DNA of 64,000 nucleotides from Candidatus Omnitrophota bacterium (GTDB lineage Bacteria; Ratteibacteria; UBA8468; B48-G9; DTJG01): NCBI GenBank assembly GCA_023819255.1, contig JAMWBU010000001.1, positions 16,348 to 80,347 of the forward strand, read 5' to 3'. Shown piece by piece: positions 9,218 to 18,347 of this stretch (position 1 is its first letter; each line of letters starts with the position of its first letter). The notes under the pieces were generated by a model. It saw only the letters and a program-made list of their open reading frames with translations, ran no database searches and was not told where the DNA came from. The position numbers and the translations under genes were made by a program.

Positions 9218-10270
9218 TCAAACATCAATAGCAATTTTTAGTTTTGAATCTCTTGAAACAATTCTTCCTGCTTTGATATCATCTTCTGTTATCACAGCCA
9301 TCATAATTTTTTTTGCGCCATATCGGTCGTAGTCGTAGATGACAAATATTTTTCCATTCCTGTCTTCTGTTGCGTCTGGGTAAGAGATCTTTTCCCTTTC
9401 GTCAATGACAAGTTTGTAGGGCCAGCTGTTCCCTTCATCTTCAGATAACATTGCTGTTAAATGGGAGCGAACTTTGTCTTTGAAGCCATAGTGATTGATA
9501 AGCAGAAGATTTCCGGATTTCAACCGTCTTATATGGAATCTTGAATCAGGTCCTGGAATCTGTGAGTTTCTGCCGGGATTCCAGCTTTTTCCTCTGTCAT
9601 AAGAAAAGCTTTCACCGATTCCATAGGATGTTCTTACAAGCATCCATATTTTACCGTCTTTCAATTCAACCAGCATGTGTTCATCGCATGACCTTTGTGG
9701 AACATCAGCGCTACCAAGAAATTCTATTGTTTTTCCAGAATCACTGGAGATATAGACAAGTGAAAATCTTAAATGGCTCATTTCTGGCACAAGTGGTTCT
9801 CTATTCCACACAGCAATCGGAAAAAGCCACTGTTTTGTTGATAATACTACTGGTTTATTCATCATTATGCCAGGGGCGATCTTTCTGGGATTACTGCAGG
9901 AAAATTCTTTATTTTCAGGGTTTTCATTCACAATTGTCCAGACGCCTCCTTTACCATCCCACCATCCATCGCTCATAGCCCAGAAAAGCCACAGTTTTCC
10001 AACAGGATCAACCCACAGGCATGGGTCAAACGCGCGCGTTGTGCCTGGAGGGTCAACTACAATCAATGGGTCAGACCATGTTTTTCCCTGGTCTGTGCTT
10101 TTTACAACAATTACGTAATTATCAGGTCCTTCACCATCGCCACCACTGTACCAGGCTGCCCACAAAGTTCCATCTCGTGTTTGTTCAATACCTGGAATCC
10201 CCTGCCATTTCCTGTTTTCCTTCCTGTATTTTGAGCCAGGGTTAAAGATTACAAAACACTCCTTTTCCAT
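9218..10270 (-). CDS. BNR/Asp-box repeat protein, sialidase-like beta-propeller, apparently cytoplasmic
   Basis: Three Asp-box motifs (STDQGKTWS, SSDSGKTIE, SYDRGKSWN). No signal peptide. Confidence 0.6.
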   Translation of the reverse strand: MEKECFVIFNPGSKYRKENRKWQGIPGIEQTRDGTLWAAWYSGGDGEGPDNYVIVVKSTDQGKTWSDPLIVVDPPGTTRAFDPCLWVDPVGKLWLFWAMSDGWWDGKGGVWTIVNENPENKEFSCSNPRKIAPGIMMNKPVVLSTKQWLFPIAVWNREPLVPEMSHLRFSLVYISSDSGKTIEFLGSADVPQRSCDEHMLVELKDGKIWMLVRTSYGIGESFSYDRGKSWNPGRNSQIPGPDSRFHIRRLKSGNLLLINHYGFKDKVRSHLTAMLSEDEGNSWPYKLVIDEREKISYPDATEDRNGKIFVIYDYDRYGAKKIMMAVITEDDIKAGRIVSRDSKLKIAIDV

Positions 10271-10350
10271 TTTTCTCCTGGAATTACTAAAAATTTTGAT
10301 ATAATTCTACCATACGGAAAGCTTTTCTTGAAGTTATGTTTTTTAGAAGT

Positions 10351-11649
10351 TTATTGAAGACGATTTGCCCAGTCAGGCTTTGTCCATCGAACTATTACCC
10401 TTGGTCCTGGTTGCGCAGCACCACCGCCAGGAGATTCAGGAAATGTAATATCTCTCAAGGCAACATCATAATGTATTGAAGAATTATTTGCCAGTGTGAG
10501 AGTTTTCGAAACTATGCTGCCATAAAACTGGCTATTATTGGCAAGTGTGATACTTGAAGATGGAGCATATATTGTTCCATTAAAAGCCATTGCGTTATTA
10601 GCGAAGGTCATATTGGTATTGCTTGCAACATAAATTCTGAGATTACCTGGCACAGTTGAAGAATTATTAATCACTGAATTGTTCGCCAGGGTAGGGGTAA
10701 AGGTTGTTCCCTGATTCCCCAGATACCAGATAACTTCGCTGTTATTCCGAATAATTACCTGAGTATTATTTGAAAGAGTCAGGGATGATTCTATGTACAA
10801 TCTTGCGTTTCCTGCGATATACATAATGGAGTTGTTATTCATTGTAATACTTTTGAATCTGAAATCCCCACCGGAAATAGTGATTACTTTATTGTTATTA
10901 ACTGTTAACCTTCCGTTGGAAATTGTATATGTTCCTGTAATTCTTGGGTCTCCCTGAACAGGATAGGGCAATGATTCAAGGTCTGAAGGAACATCAACTG
11001 GTGGTAGGTTATCAAACGGGTTTCCAAAACTATGATATAAATCACTGTCTGTTACCGTAGAACCATGATAAAGGGTAAGGTAATTTGGCCCATCTTCAAC
11101 CATCGCAGTGCCGTAAATATGAGCGTTGTTATACAGGGTTATAGCACCTGTGCTACCTGTGTTTCCATAATTGCCTCTATTTGAAGGTCCGTAAGGACCC
11201 AATCTTGAATCATATCCATCAACCCAGGCATTTTGATAAAGGGTTATTGACTGGCTTCCAAAAATTCCATTTCCAAACACTCCTCCTGAACCTGTACCTG
11301 AGCCTGGATTGCGATATGTAAAAAGAGAGATTCTTTCTGATTGGTTCTTATAATTGCCTGTGGATGTAAATATGATTGTTTCTCCCTGAACCGTTTCTGT
11401 AACAATAAAATTTCCGCCGCCGAAACTTATCGGATTTGTTTCAGGATGCCATGATTCATTTGCCTTCTTGTATGCGAAAGCCCTGTTTATTCCTGCCTCT
11501 GCTATGTAAAATGCTTTTTCTTTATGATACCTTTTTATTGCCGCAATCTGTTCGTTTCCGCCAAGATACAGAATTCCCATACCCAGTGTGGTTGATATTA
11601 ACACAAATATTATTGCCATTGGAAGCAAATAGCCTCTTTTGTTTTCCAT
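10351..11649 (-). CDS. PilX-like type IV pilus protein: PilX_N-type N-terminus plus a C-terminal parallel beta-helix-like repeat region
   Basis: N-terminus MENKRGYLLPMAIIFVLISTTLGMGILYL…FYIAEAGINRAF resembles PilX_N. Then a Gly-rich region and repeated (L/F)ANNS/ANNA motifs typical of beta-helix adhesin-like folds. It starts the minor-pilin block downstream of pilQ. Confidence 0.5.
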   Translation of the reverse strand: MENKRGYLLPMAIIFVLISTTLGMGILYLGGNEQIAAIKRYHKEKAFYIAEAGINRAFAYKKANESWHPETNPISFGGGNFIVTETVQGETIIFTSTGNYKNQSERISLFTYRNPGSGTGSGGVFGNGIFGSQSITLYQNAWVDGYDSRLGPYGPSNRGNYGNTGSTGAITLYNNAHIYGTAMVEDGPNYLTLYHGSTVTDSDLYHSFGNPFDNLPPVDVPSDLESLPYPVQGDPRITGTYTISNGRLTVNNNKVITISGGDFRFKSITMNNNSIMYIAGNARLYIESSLTLSNNTQVIIRNNSEVIWYLGNQGTTFTPTLANNSVINNSSTVPGNLRIYVASNTNMTFANNAMAFNGTIYAPSSSITLANNSQFYGSIVSKTLTLANNSSIHYDVALRDITFPESPGGGAAQPGPRVIVRWTKPDWANRLQ

Positions 11650-12122
11650 TATGAGTTCCTCATAAAAATAGAGAAATTTCCTGAAACCACTCTTGTATTT
11701 TTCTCAACTTCAAGATAAACATCCATTAAAATTTCATTATCCTCGTTTACTGAAAAATTAATGTTTTTAAGAGAAGAGACCACATTCTGGGTTAAACCGG
11801 TTCTTGAATTCTTCCAGATAAGTTTGTTTGATGCCTGGTAAAATTCCTGAATCCAGCCAGCGGACTGGCTTCTTGCAACAATATGGTTAACATTTATTAT
11901 TTCCACTTCACTCGCTTCTTCTACAATGCTCTTAATCATATGAGAAGCAAGATCAAAATCAACCTGAAGTGCTGCCACTTCATTGCTTCTTTTCCATTCT
12001 TTATAAGATTCTATGACGATGCTGCTTACAGCAAATATTCCAAGGGATCCAAGAACAAGAACAACCATTAGCTCTATAAGGCCAACACCTGTTTGTTTTT
12101 TTAAAGTTTTATGTAAAGTCAT
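11649..12122 (-). CDS. Minor pilin/pseudopilin (PilW-like) with a prepilin-type N-terminal helix
   Basis: Using the internal start MTLHKTLKKQTGVGLIELMVVLVLGSLGI gives a prepilin-like hydrophobic N-terminus with E at +5. An ATGA overlap with the upstream minor pilin supports this start. The longer ORF to 12194 is probably over-extended. Confidence 0.5.
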   Translation of the reverse strand: MTLHKTLKKQTGVGLIELMVVLVLGSLGIFAVSSIVIESYKEWKRSNEVAALQVDFDLASHMIKSIVEEASEVEIINVNHIVARSQSAGWIQEFYQASNKLIWKNSRTGLTQNVVSSLKNINFSVNEDNEILMDVYLEVEKNTRVVSGNFSIFMRNS

Positions 12123-12463
12123 AGCTTTGCTACGATTGTTAAAAGAGAAACATTGCCACCGTTCCATATCACCTGCACACTTACTTCCTTCCACTGTGGA
12201 GAAGGATTTTCATTGACTGTTGTTATTCTTCTTGCCTGTATATTACCAACTGTGATATTTTCTGTTTCATTTTGAATTGCAGAATAATCAAGTGCCTTGA
12301 TTTTTTCTATTTTTTCGATTGCTTTCCAGGTTGCAAGTCGCGTTATATCGGCTTTAACAAGGTTTTTACTGCTCGCGTAATAAAAAGCAGACCCGCCGAT
12401 CAAGGCAATGCCGATAATTGTAAATGCGAGGAGAAACTCAATTATTGTAAGCCCTTTTCTCAT
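12119..12463 (-). CDS. Minor pilin/pseudopilin (PilV/GspI-like)
   Basis: MRKGLTIIEFLLAFTIIGIALIGG… prepilin-type cleavage/methylation N-terminus. 114 aa. Overlaps the pilQ stop. Confidence 0.6.
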   Translation of the reverse strand: MRKGLTIIEFLLAFTIIGIALIGGSAFYYASSKNLVKADITRLATWKAIEKIEKIKALDYSAIQNETENITVGNIQARRITTVNENPSPQWKEVSVQVIWNGGNVSLLTIVAKL

Positions 12464-14163
12464 TTACTAACTCCGGTGCGGGTTTTTTCTTCTTCTGTCA
12501 GTTTTTTAGCCATTTCTGTTGTTATTATGCGCGGGGTTATAAAAATCATCAGATCTGTTTTTTTCATCTGGTTTGTTTTATTGCTGAACAAAAAAGGCAA
12601 AACATTTCCTAACACAGGAACTTTGTTTTCGCCTTTTGTCGTTTCTGTACTCAAAAGCCCGCCTATCACAACTGTTTCTCCATTTTTTACCATTACTCTG
12701 GTCAGGGTAGACCTTTCAGATGTTTCCACTGCATCTTTGAAGAAACTTGATTGTTTTGCCGCAAATACCTGAGGAGATACTTCCATTGTTACTGTGTTAT
12801 CGTCGCCAACATGCGGGATTGCAATAAGTATTATTCCAATGTCCCTGTACTCGTACTGGGTTACAGTTGTTCCGGTGCCGCCGGTGCTTGTTGTGGTTAC
12901 AATGGGTGCGACAGGGATATTGCTTGTGATGCGAATTGTTGCAGGTGCGCCACTCAAAGTTGTTACTCTTGGATTTGCCAGGATATTTGCCTGTCCTTTT
13001 GTTTGAAGCGCCTTTATGTTTGCGACGAGGTTTGTCCAGGTCAATTCACCGGTGGTATCCCATCCAGGTATAGCGGTTTTAAGTGAACCTGAGACATTTC
13101 CGATGCTGCCTGAATTATCGCCCCAGCTTATTCCAAGAGTTCTGGTTGCTTCCTCTGTTAATTCGACAATCATTGCTTCTATCGAAACCTGGGGTATTTG
13201 CCTGTCAAGAGAAGAAATTATTTCTTTAACTTCTTCTATAAAATCATTTGTACCGACAAGAACTAAACTATTTGTTCTTTCATCAGGAAGAATTGAAAAC
13301 CCGCCTGACATATCGGCTGCGATCTGCACTTTTCCACTTATTGTGCGGTTTTTTTGTCCTGTCAGAACAGGATAATCTCCTGATGAACCGGTTGTGCCGG
13401 TTGTTGTTCCTGTGGTTCCAGCAGTTGAACTACCCGTGCTACCAGTTGTACCTGAAGCGTTACCTGTTCCTGCTCTTGCAGTTCCAAGATTTCCTGTTTC
13501 TCTTGCGTTTGTGTCAATTGTTATTAATGCTTCTGATCTGGCATCTTTTTCTCCTTTATTCTTCTTGATAACTGATAATACCACTGGCCATATATCTCCA
13601 GCCCTAACATATTTCAGCATATAAACAGAAGTTTTTACAGGGGCTTCCTTATATTCCACATCAATCTTTTCAACAATGGATTTTATTATCTCGATGTTTG
13701 CAGGAGTGTCTTTGACAACAAGCATATTGGTTCTGCTGTCGACAGTAACTGTCTTTTCGAAACCGAGGTTTTTTAGCTGGTTAGCAACATCATTTGCGAA
13801 GGCATGTTTCATTTGAAAGCAGGCGCCTGTCAACTGTTGATCTGTAGTTTTTCTTTGTTCCGGGTAAACGATAAAAATATCAGCATCAGTCAACTTTTCC
13901 TTGAATAACCGGTTGGCTTTAAGTATGCTGTCAATGGCTTCTTCTGGAGAGACGTTTTCAAGGTATGCGGTGATTGGTTTGTCTGCGATGTCTGAATCAG
14001 GTACGAGTTTTAGACCTGTTTTCTTGCTCAATATTTCAAGCACAAGGGAAAGCTTTGTCTGGTTGAACGTCAATGACTCAATTTTCTGCGAAGCAAAACA
14101 GAAAAGGCCCATCGTAATAATGCTAACGGCCAGAACCTTGATTGAAAATAGTGTTCTTTTCAT
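12460..14163 (-). CDS. pilQ: Type IV pilus secretin PilQ (GspD/PilQ family)
   Basis: C-terminal secretin domain (…GQANILANPRVTTLSGAPATIRI…VPVLGNVLPFLFSNKTNQMKKTDLMIFITPRII). N-terminal signal and N domains joined by a Gly/Thr/Ser-rich linker. Confidence 0.9.
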   Translation of the reverse strand: MKRTLFSIKVLAVSIITMGLFCFASQKIESLTFNQTKLSLVLEILSKKTGLKLVPDSDIADKPITAYLENVSPEEAIDSILKANRLFKEKLTDADIFIVYPEQRKTTDQQLTGACFQMKHAFANDVANQLKNLGFEKTVTVDSRTNMLVVKDTPANIEIIKSIVEKIDVEYKEAPVKTSVYMLKYVRAGDIWPVVLSVIKKNKGEKDARSEALITIDTNARETGNLGTARAGTGNASGTTGSTGSSTAGTTGTTTGTTGSSGDYPVLTGQKNRTISGKVQIAADMSGGFSILPDERTNSLVLVGTNDFIEEVKEIISSLDRQIPQVSIEAMIVELTEEATRTLGISWGDNSGSIGNVSGSLKTAIPGWDTTGELTWTNLVANIKALQTKGQANILANPRVTTLSGAPATIRITSNIPVAPIVTTTSTGGTGTTVTQYEYRDIGIILIAIPHVGDDNTVTMEVSPQVFAAKQSSFFKDAVETSERSTLTRVMVKNGETVVIGGLLSTETTKGENKVPVLGNVLPFLFSNKTNQMKKTDLMIFITPRIITTEMAKKLTEEEKTRTGVSK

Positions 14164-14177
14164 TTTTTCCCTCTATG

Positions 14178-15245
14178 TTAAAGGTTCATATTTTCGACAG
14201 GAGGATATATTATCCTGTTTTGAATCACATATGCGGTCCTGATAAATGATGTTTCTGAAAATTGTTTAAGTTGTTGACACAAATTAATCAAATCATTCCT
14301 GTCACTGGTTTTTCCTGTCCGAACAGTGTATACGCCATTAATTTTTTCAACCCTTATATTTTCAAAACCAGAGTTTTCGAGTTTTCTTGCGAATTCAATT
14401 GCTTGTTGTTTTCTATTTTTTCCGAATGAAGCAATCTGAATTGTCAGTATTTTTTGATTGTTTGCTTCTAAATTGGGGGATGATTTTCTGTCATTTATTT
14501 CTGCAAATATTGTTTCTTTTTTCTTTCTTAATTCAATTTCCCTATTAATTATTGGCGGCGATTGTTCAAAAGTTTCAGGTGTGTGAAGATCTGACTGTCT
14601 TAAAATGGAGTTTGTTATTTTTCCTTTTGCTACGATTTCTGTGTCGCCGGTGTCTGTCGCATCCGATATGTTAATTCCATCAGCAAAGTTTTTCGCGCTG
14701 ATTGAAGAGTTAACATAAAGAACAAATTCTTTGTTTTCTCGCTTCAAAATTACCCTGTCGGCAAAAATTCTATAGATTATGTATCCGGATTTTATTTCAT
14801 TTTCTGATTTCACTTCGTCATCGATAATGACCATCGGTTTTTCCTTATCGTATAAAATGCCTGAAATTTTGAAATCAGGCGAAGCAATATAGTCCTGCTT
14901 GAGGATAGATACGGAATCATATGTATTTTTAACGGGTTCCGCACCTGGTTGTCTGAACGGATTTTTGTTTGTTTCAACCGCAGTTTTTTGTTCCTCCTGT
15001 TCTTCTATATTTTTTATGATAGACTGAAGTTTGTTCACAGACATATCAATTTGATGGAAGTCAAAGATCTTATTATTTTCTTCTGACGATGATTCCTTCT
15101 CGTTTATTTCTAATTGGATAGTTTCGCCCTGGCTGATTACAACAGTTTTCGGTTTTGCGGGTTTTAATGCCCTGACAAACGTAAAAATAAAAATCAAAAC
15201 GAGAACAAACAGTATAACAAGAGTTTTCTTATTTTTCTTTTCCAT
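14178..15245 (-). CDS. PilP-position protein: N-terminal TM anchor, a PilP-like core and a C-terminal SPOR peptidoglycan-binding domain
   Basis: Lies between pilO and pilQ. TM helix KKTLVILFVLVLIFIFTF. C-terminus ILTIQIASFGKNRKQQAIEFARKLENSGFENIRVEKINGVYTVRTGKTSDRNDLINL fits the SPOR fold pattern. Confidence 0.45.
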   Translation of the reverse strand: MEKKNKKTLVILFVLVLIFIFTFVRALKPAKPKTVVISQGETIQLEINEKESSSEENNKIFDFHQIDMSVNKLQSIIKNIEEQEEQKTAVETNKNPFRQPGAEPVKNTYDSVSILKQDYIASPDFKISGILYDKEKPMVIIDDEVKSENEIKSGYIIYRIFADRVILKRENKEFVLYVNSSISAKNFADGINISDATDTGDTEIVAKGKITNSILRQSDLHTPETFEQSPPIINREIELRKKKETIFAEINDRKSSPNLEANNQKILTIQIASFGKNRKQQAIEFARKLENSGFENIRVEKINGVYTVRTGKTSDRNDLINLCQQLKQFSETSFIRTAYVIQNRIIYPPVENMNL

Positions 15246-15249
15246 TTTT

Positions 15250-15798
15250 TCACTCCAGTTTTTTAATTCCTGAAAATCTTAAAGTAATTTCTATTTCGCC
15301 TTCAACGTTTGTTATTTCAATTGATTCCAGTTTGAGAAACTTCTCTGAAGATTCTATCTCTTTTATAAAATTTACAATATTCAAGAAGTTACCTTTGAGA
15401 GAAACATTCCAGAAATAATACTTTTCATTGCTCCTGTCAACCGGTTGCAGGTTTACAATTTGAATACCTGTTTTTTCAGAAAGCGTTGAAACGTGCTGGA
15501 AAAAAAGAAGATTTGGGTCATATCCTGAATTTAGCCAGACAAATCTTTCAATCTTGTTTCTAGCATTTTTGATTGTTGTTTGAATTATTCTAACGTACTC
15601 AGGATAATTTTTTATTCTCAAATAATCATATTCAAGTTTTGCTTTTATATCTCTATACTCCTTGATGGTTTCCTGTTGTTGTTTCATTATAAAATTATTT
15701 GCTATCATCCATGTGCTTCCATAGAGAACAATCATAATAACAAGATGATTTCTTATAGAAACCGCATAATTTTTCATCACTATTTCCTCAAATCGCAT
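15250..15798 (-). CDS. pilO: Type IV pilus assembly protein PilO-like (bitopic, coiled coil)
   Basis: Single N-terminal TM plus coiled-coil and periplasmic domain, in the canonical pilM-N-O-P-Q order. Confidence 0.5.
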   Translation of the reverse strand: MRFEEIVMKNYAVSIRNHLVIMIVLYGSTWMIANNFIMKQQQETIKEYRDIKAKLEYDYLRIKNYPEYVRIIQTTIKNARNKIERFVWLNSGYDPNLLFFQHVSTLSEKTGIQIVNLQPVDRSNEKYYFWNVSLKGNFLNIVNFIKEIESSEKFLKLESIEITNVEGEIEITLRFSGIKKLE

Positions 15799-16373
15799 TC
15801 AATCTTAAACAGTGTGCTTCTGTATTTTGATGTTTTATCGCTTTGTTTCACTTCAGCAAGGGTAATATTGCTGAATTCTGTACCTGAATTATTTTTTATA
15901 TTATTCATAAACTGCGTTATTAATTTTCCTGCATTTATAGAACCCTGCATAACAAAACCCTCAATAACAAGAGTTTTCTGGTTTTTTTCTTCTCTTGCGG
16001 TTTGAGAAATAGACATTTTGCTGAGCCAGATACCTTCAGGAACAGAATTTCCGATTATATTAAATCGTCTGGTCCACAGGGTCCTTGTTCTGTATTCTTC
16101 CTGAGCAAAAAACAGTATTTTTGCGGTCCTTTCCATTTCTTCTCTGTATTTTTCAAGAATTTGCACGGCCTGCTGCTCATTTTTAATTTTCTGATTGTAG
16201 TTTTCGATGCTCGCAAGGGTCGATTTAATCGAGATTCTGTTTGAAAAATACGAGATGCCAAGTATTATCAAAAGGCAAAGAAAGCCAATGATATAGACAG
16301 AAAGAATTCTTATCAAAAGAACTTTTTGATAAAATTTTTCCTGACGTTTTTTAAGAAGGTTCAATTCAATCAT
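15780..16373 (-). CDS. pilN: Type IV pilus assembly protein PilN-like
   Basis: MIELNLLKKRQEKFYQKV… followed by a TM helix and a coiled coil. Overlaps the pilM stop. Confidence 0.55.
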   Translation of the reverse strand: MIELNLLKKRQEKFYQKVLLIRILSVYIIGFLCLLIILGISYFSNRISIKSTLASIENYNQKIKNEQQAVQILEKYREEMERTAKILFFAQEEYRTRTLWTRRFNIIGNSVPEGIWLSKMSISQTAREEKNQKTLVIEGFVMQGSINAGKLITQFMNNIKNNSGTEFSNITLAEVKQSDKTSKYRSTLFKIECDLRK

Positions 16374-17377
16374 ACAATTTTCCTTAAAGCAAGGCCAAGC
16401 ACCTGACTAAAACAGGGTTCTACACATTCAGATTCGTCTGTTTTGCAACTTTCATACAAACCTGACATAGGTGTCCAGATTTCACCCGGGATTTCAAGAG
16501 TTTTTTCAATTATTCCTAAAAATCCAGGCAACAAACTTGACCCCCCGGTAAGGAAAAATTTTTCTGCCTTTTCACTGGTTCTTGTTTCGAAATATTTTAA
16601 TGATACGGAAATCTCCTGAATAAATTCTGCTGATATTTCTTTCAGAATTTTTTCAATTTCATCGCTGAATTGCGGATTTTTCTTGAAGTTTTCTGCCTCC
16701 AGATTTGAAATATTTTTTAAACGAGTTATTTCTCTATTTATAAGGTTCCCGCCAAATTCAATCTCTCTAACGAAAACAAAGCCTTTTTTTTCAATAATCG
16801 CGATGTTTGTGTACCTTGCGCCGACATTTATTACTGCAGCGCTTTTTTGGTTGTTTTTCTTAAAAGTCATAAAGCAGTTTGCAAGCGAAACACCACTGAT
16901 GTCCATAATAATGGGCTTGAGACCTGCCATAATAAGGGTGTTGACAAAGAAACTGGATTTTGACCTTGGTATGCCGGCAACCATCACAGTTTTTTTTCCA
17001 GAATTCTGCGCTGGCAGAATTGCGTAGTCAAATTCAATTTTTTCTGCGCCGCCTGGAATGACCTGAAGAAGTTCCATTTCAACTATATTTTTTATTTCAT
17101 TTTCAGGAACATCGGGTATGTCAAAATAGTGGATAATCAATCCTTCGCCGCTGATGCCACAGACTGTTTCACTCCTTTTGACACCAAGTTTTTTTAAGAA
17201 ATCCTTGAGAAAGGTGGCGAACTGTTTTTGAAGATTTTCGTTTAAGGAAATATGGGCATTTGGAAAGGGATTTCTTGTAATGCCGGCTTTTCTTACTACG
17301 AGCCTATCTTTTTTTGAATAACCCTCGACCACCTTTATATAGTGGGACCCTATGTCTAATGCCAGACATACACTCAT
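16370..17377 (-). CDS. pilM: Type IV pilus assembly ATPase-fold protein PilM (actin-like)
   Basis: LALDIGSHYIKVVEG… actin/FtsA-like phosphate-1 motif. 335 aa, at the head of pilMNOPQ. Confidence 0.85.
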   Translation of the reverse strand: MSVCLALDIGSHYIKVVEGYSKKDRLVVRKAGITRNPFPNAHISLNENLQKQFATFLKDFLKKLGVKRSETVCGISGEGLIIHYFDIPDVPENEIKNIVEMELLQVIPGGAEKIEFDYAILPAQNSGKKTVMVAGIPRSKSSFFVNTLIMAGLKPIIMDISGVSLANCFMTFKKNNQKSAAVINVGARYTNIAIIEKKGFVFVREIEFGGNLINREITRLKNISNLEAENFKKNPQFSDEIEKILKEISAEFIQEISVSLKYFETRTSEKAEKFFLTGGSSLLPGFLGIIEKTLEIPGEIWTPMSGLYESCKTDESECVEPCFSQVLGLALRKIV

Positions 17378-17405
17378 AAATTCCTTAAAAAGCCTGAATT
17401 TGGAT

Positions 17406-17795
17406 TTATAGTCCGCTGTAGCTTATTGTCGCTCCAGCAGCGTTTGTATAAGTCATTGTCACAGTAACGCCTGCCGCGGCTCCTGTGCCGGATGTTGTTG
17501 CTGTGAATCCATTGGCGTCAGCCGAACTCACAGTGTAATCCGTAAAATATTTATTTCCTAGTGTGTCCACGCCCAGGTTGGTTTTTGTTGTGGTGTATGT
17601 GTTGTTTTCAGCATAGTAAATTCTCTGAGCGGTTAAGACAGAACCAAGCAGAGCCGCTCCCTCAGAAGCCATTGCCTTCTTGATATTTGCCCTGTATATT
17701 GGCACTGCGACTGAGGCAAGGATACCCACTATGATTACCACTACCATTAGTTCAACAAGGGTAAATCCCTTTTCTATAAATTTTCTTTTTTTCAT
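17406..17795 (-). CDS. pilA: Type IVa major pilin (PilA paralog 1)
   Basis: Leader MKKRKFIEKG, then the cleavage site [26 protein letters not shown] Thr/Ser/Gly-rich C-terminus. 129 aa. Confidence 0.85.
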   Translation of the reverse strand: MKKRKFIEKGFTLVELMVVVIIVGILASVAVPIYRANIKKAMASEGAALLGSVLTAQRIYYAENNTYTTTKTNLGVDTLGNKYFTDYTVSSADANGFTATTSGTGAAAGVTVTMTYTNAAGATISYSGL

Positions 17796-17841
17796 CGTTT
17801 CCCTCCTTGATTTCTCCTGTAGAGGAACTCGAATTCGTTTA

Positions 17842-18234
17842 TTACAACCCGCTGTAGCTTATTGTTGCTCCAGCAGCGTTTGTATAAGTCATTGTCACAG
17901 TAACGCCTGCCGCGGTTCCTGTGCCGGATGTTGTTGCTGTGAATCCATTGGCGTCAGCCGAACTCACAGTGTAATCCGTAAAATATTTATTTCCTGTTGT
18001 TTCAACATTAAGGTTGGTCTTTGTTGTGGTATAAGTGTTGTTCTCGGCATAATAGACCTTTTGCGCTGTAAGCACTGCGCCCAGCAAAGCAGCTCCCTCT
18101 GATGCTGCCGCTTTTTTTATATTGCTTCTGTAAATTGGAATGGCGACAGCAGCCAGAATACCAACGATAATAACAACTACCATCAATTCAATCAATGTAA
18201 ATCCTTTCTGCGACTTCATTGTTTTCCTATTCAT
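17842..18234 (-). CDS. pilA: Type IVa major pilin (PilA paralog 2), tandem duplicate
   Basis: Leader [36 protein letters not shown]-terminal 100 aa are almost identical to paralog 1. Strong RBS aaaaggaggtg. Confidence 0.85.
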   Translation of the reverse strand: MNRKTMKSQKGFTLIELMVVVIIVGILAAVAIPIYRSNIKKAAASEGAALLGAVLTAQKVYYAENNTYTTTKTNLNVETTGNKYFTDYTVSSADANGFTATTSGTGTAAGVTVTMTYTNAAGATISYSGL

Positions 18235-18280
18235 ACCTGCACCTCCTTTTTGGTTTTGTTCAAATTTATTTTATTGCGAA

Positions 18281-18309
18281 TATATTTTATTATATATTTC
18301 TTAAATAGT
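18281..18309 (-). promoter_or_regulatory. Putative sigma70-type promoter for pilA paralog 2 (TTGACT-N17-TAAAAT)
   Basis: On the minus strand: ccTTGACTatttaagaaatatataaTAAAATat, about 45 nt upstream of the RBS and ATG. Confidence 0.3.
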
Positions 18310-18347
18310 CAAGGCGCAGGGACGGAAAATATTGTGAGGGAAGTAGG

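Noticed and set aside
11649-12194. Full-length 181-aa ORF for the PilW-like minor pilin
   Set aside because: The first 24 codons precede the prepilin-type hydrophobic segment and overlap the upstream gene. The internal ATG at 12122 gives a canonical short leader and an ATGA coupling.
13380-13530. Repetitive GTT/GCC-rich nucleotide tract (CRISPR- or microsatellite-like)
   Set aside because: It is in-frame coding sequence for the Gly/Thr/Ser-rich linker of the PilQ secretin, not spacer-repeat architecture.
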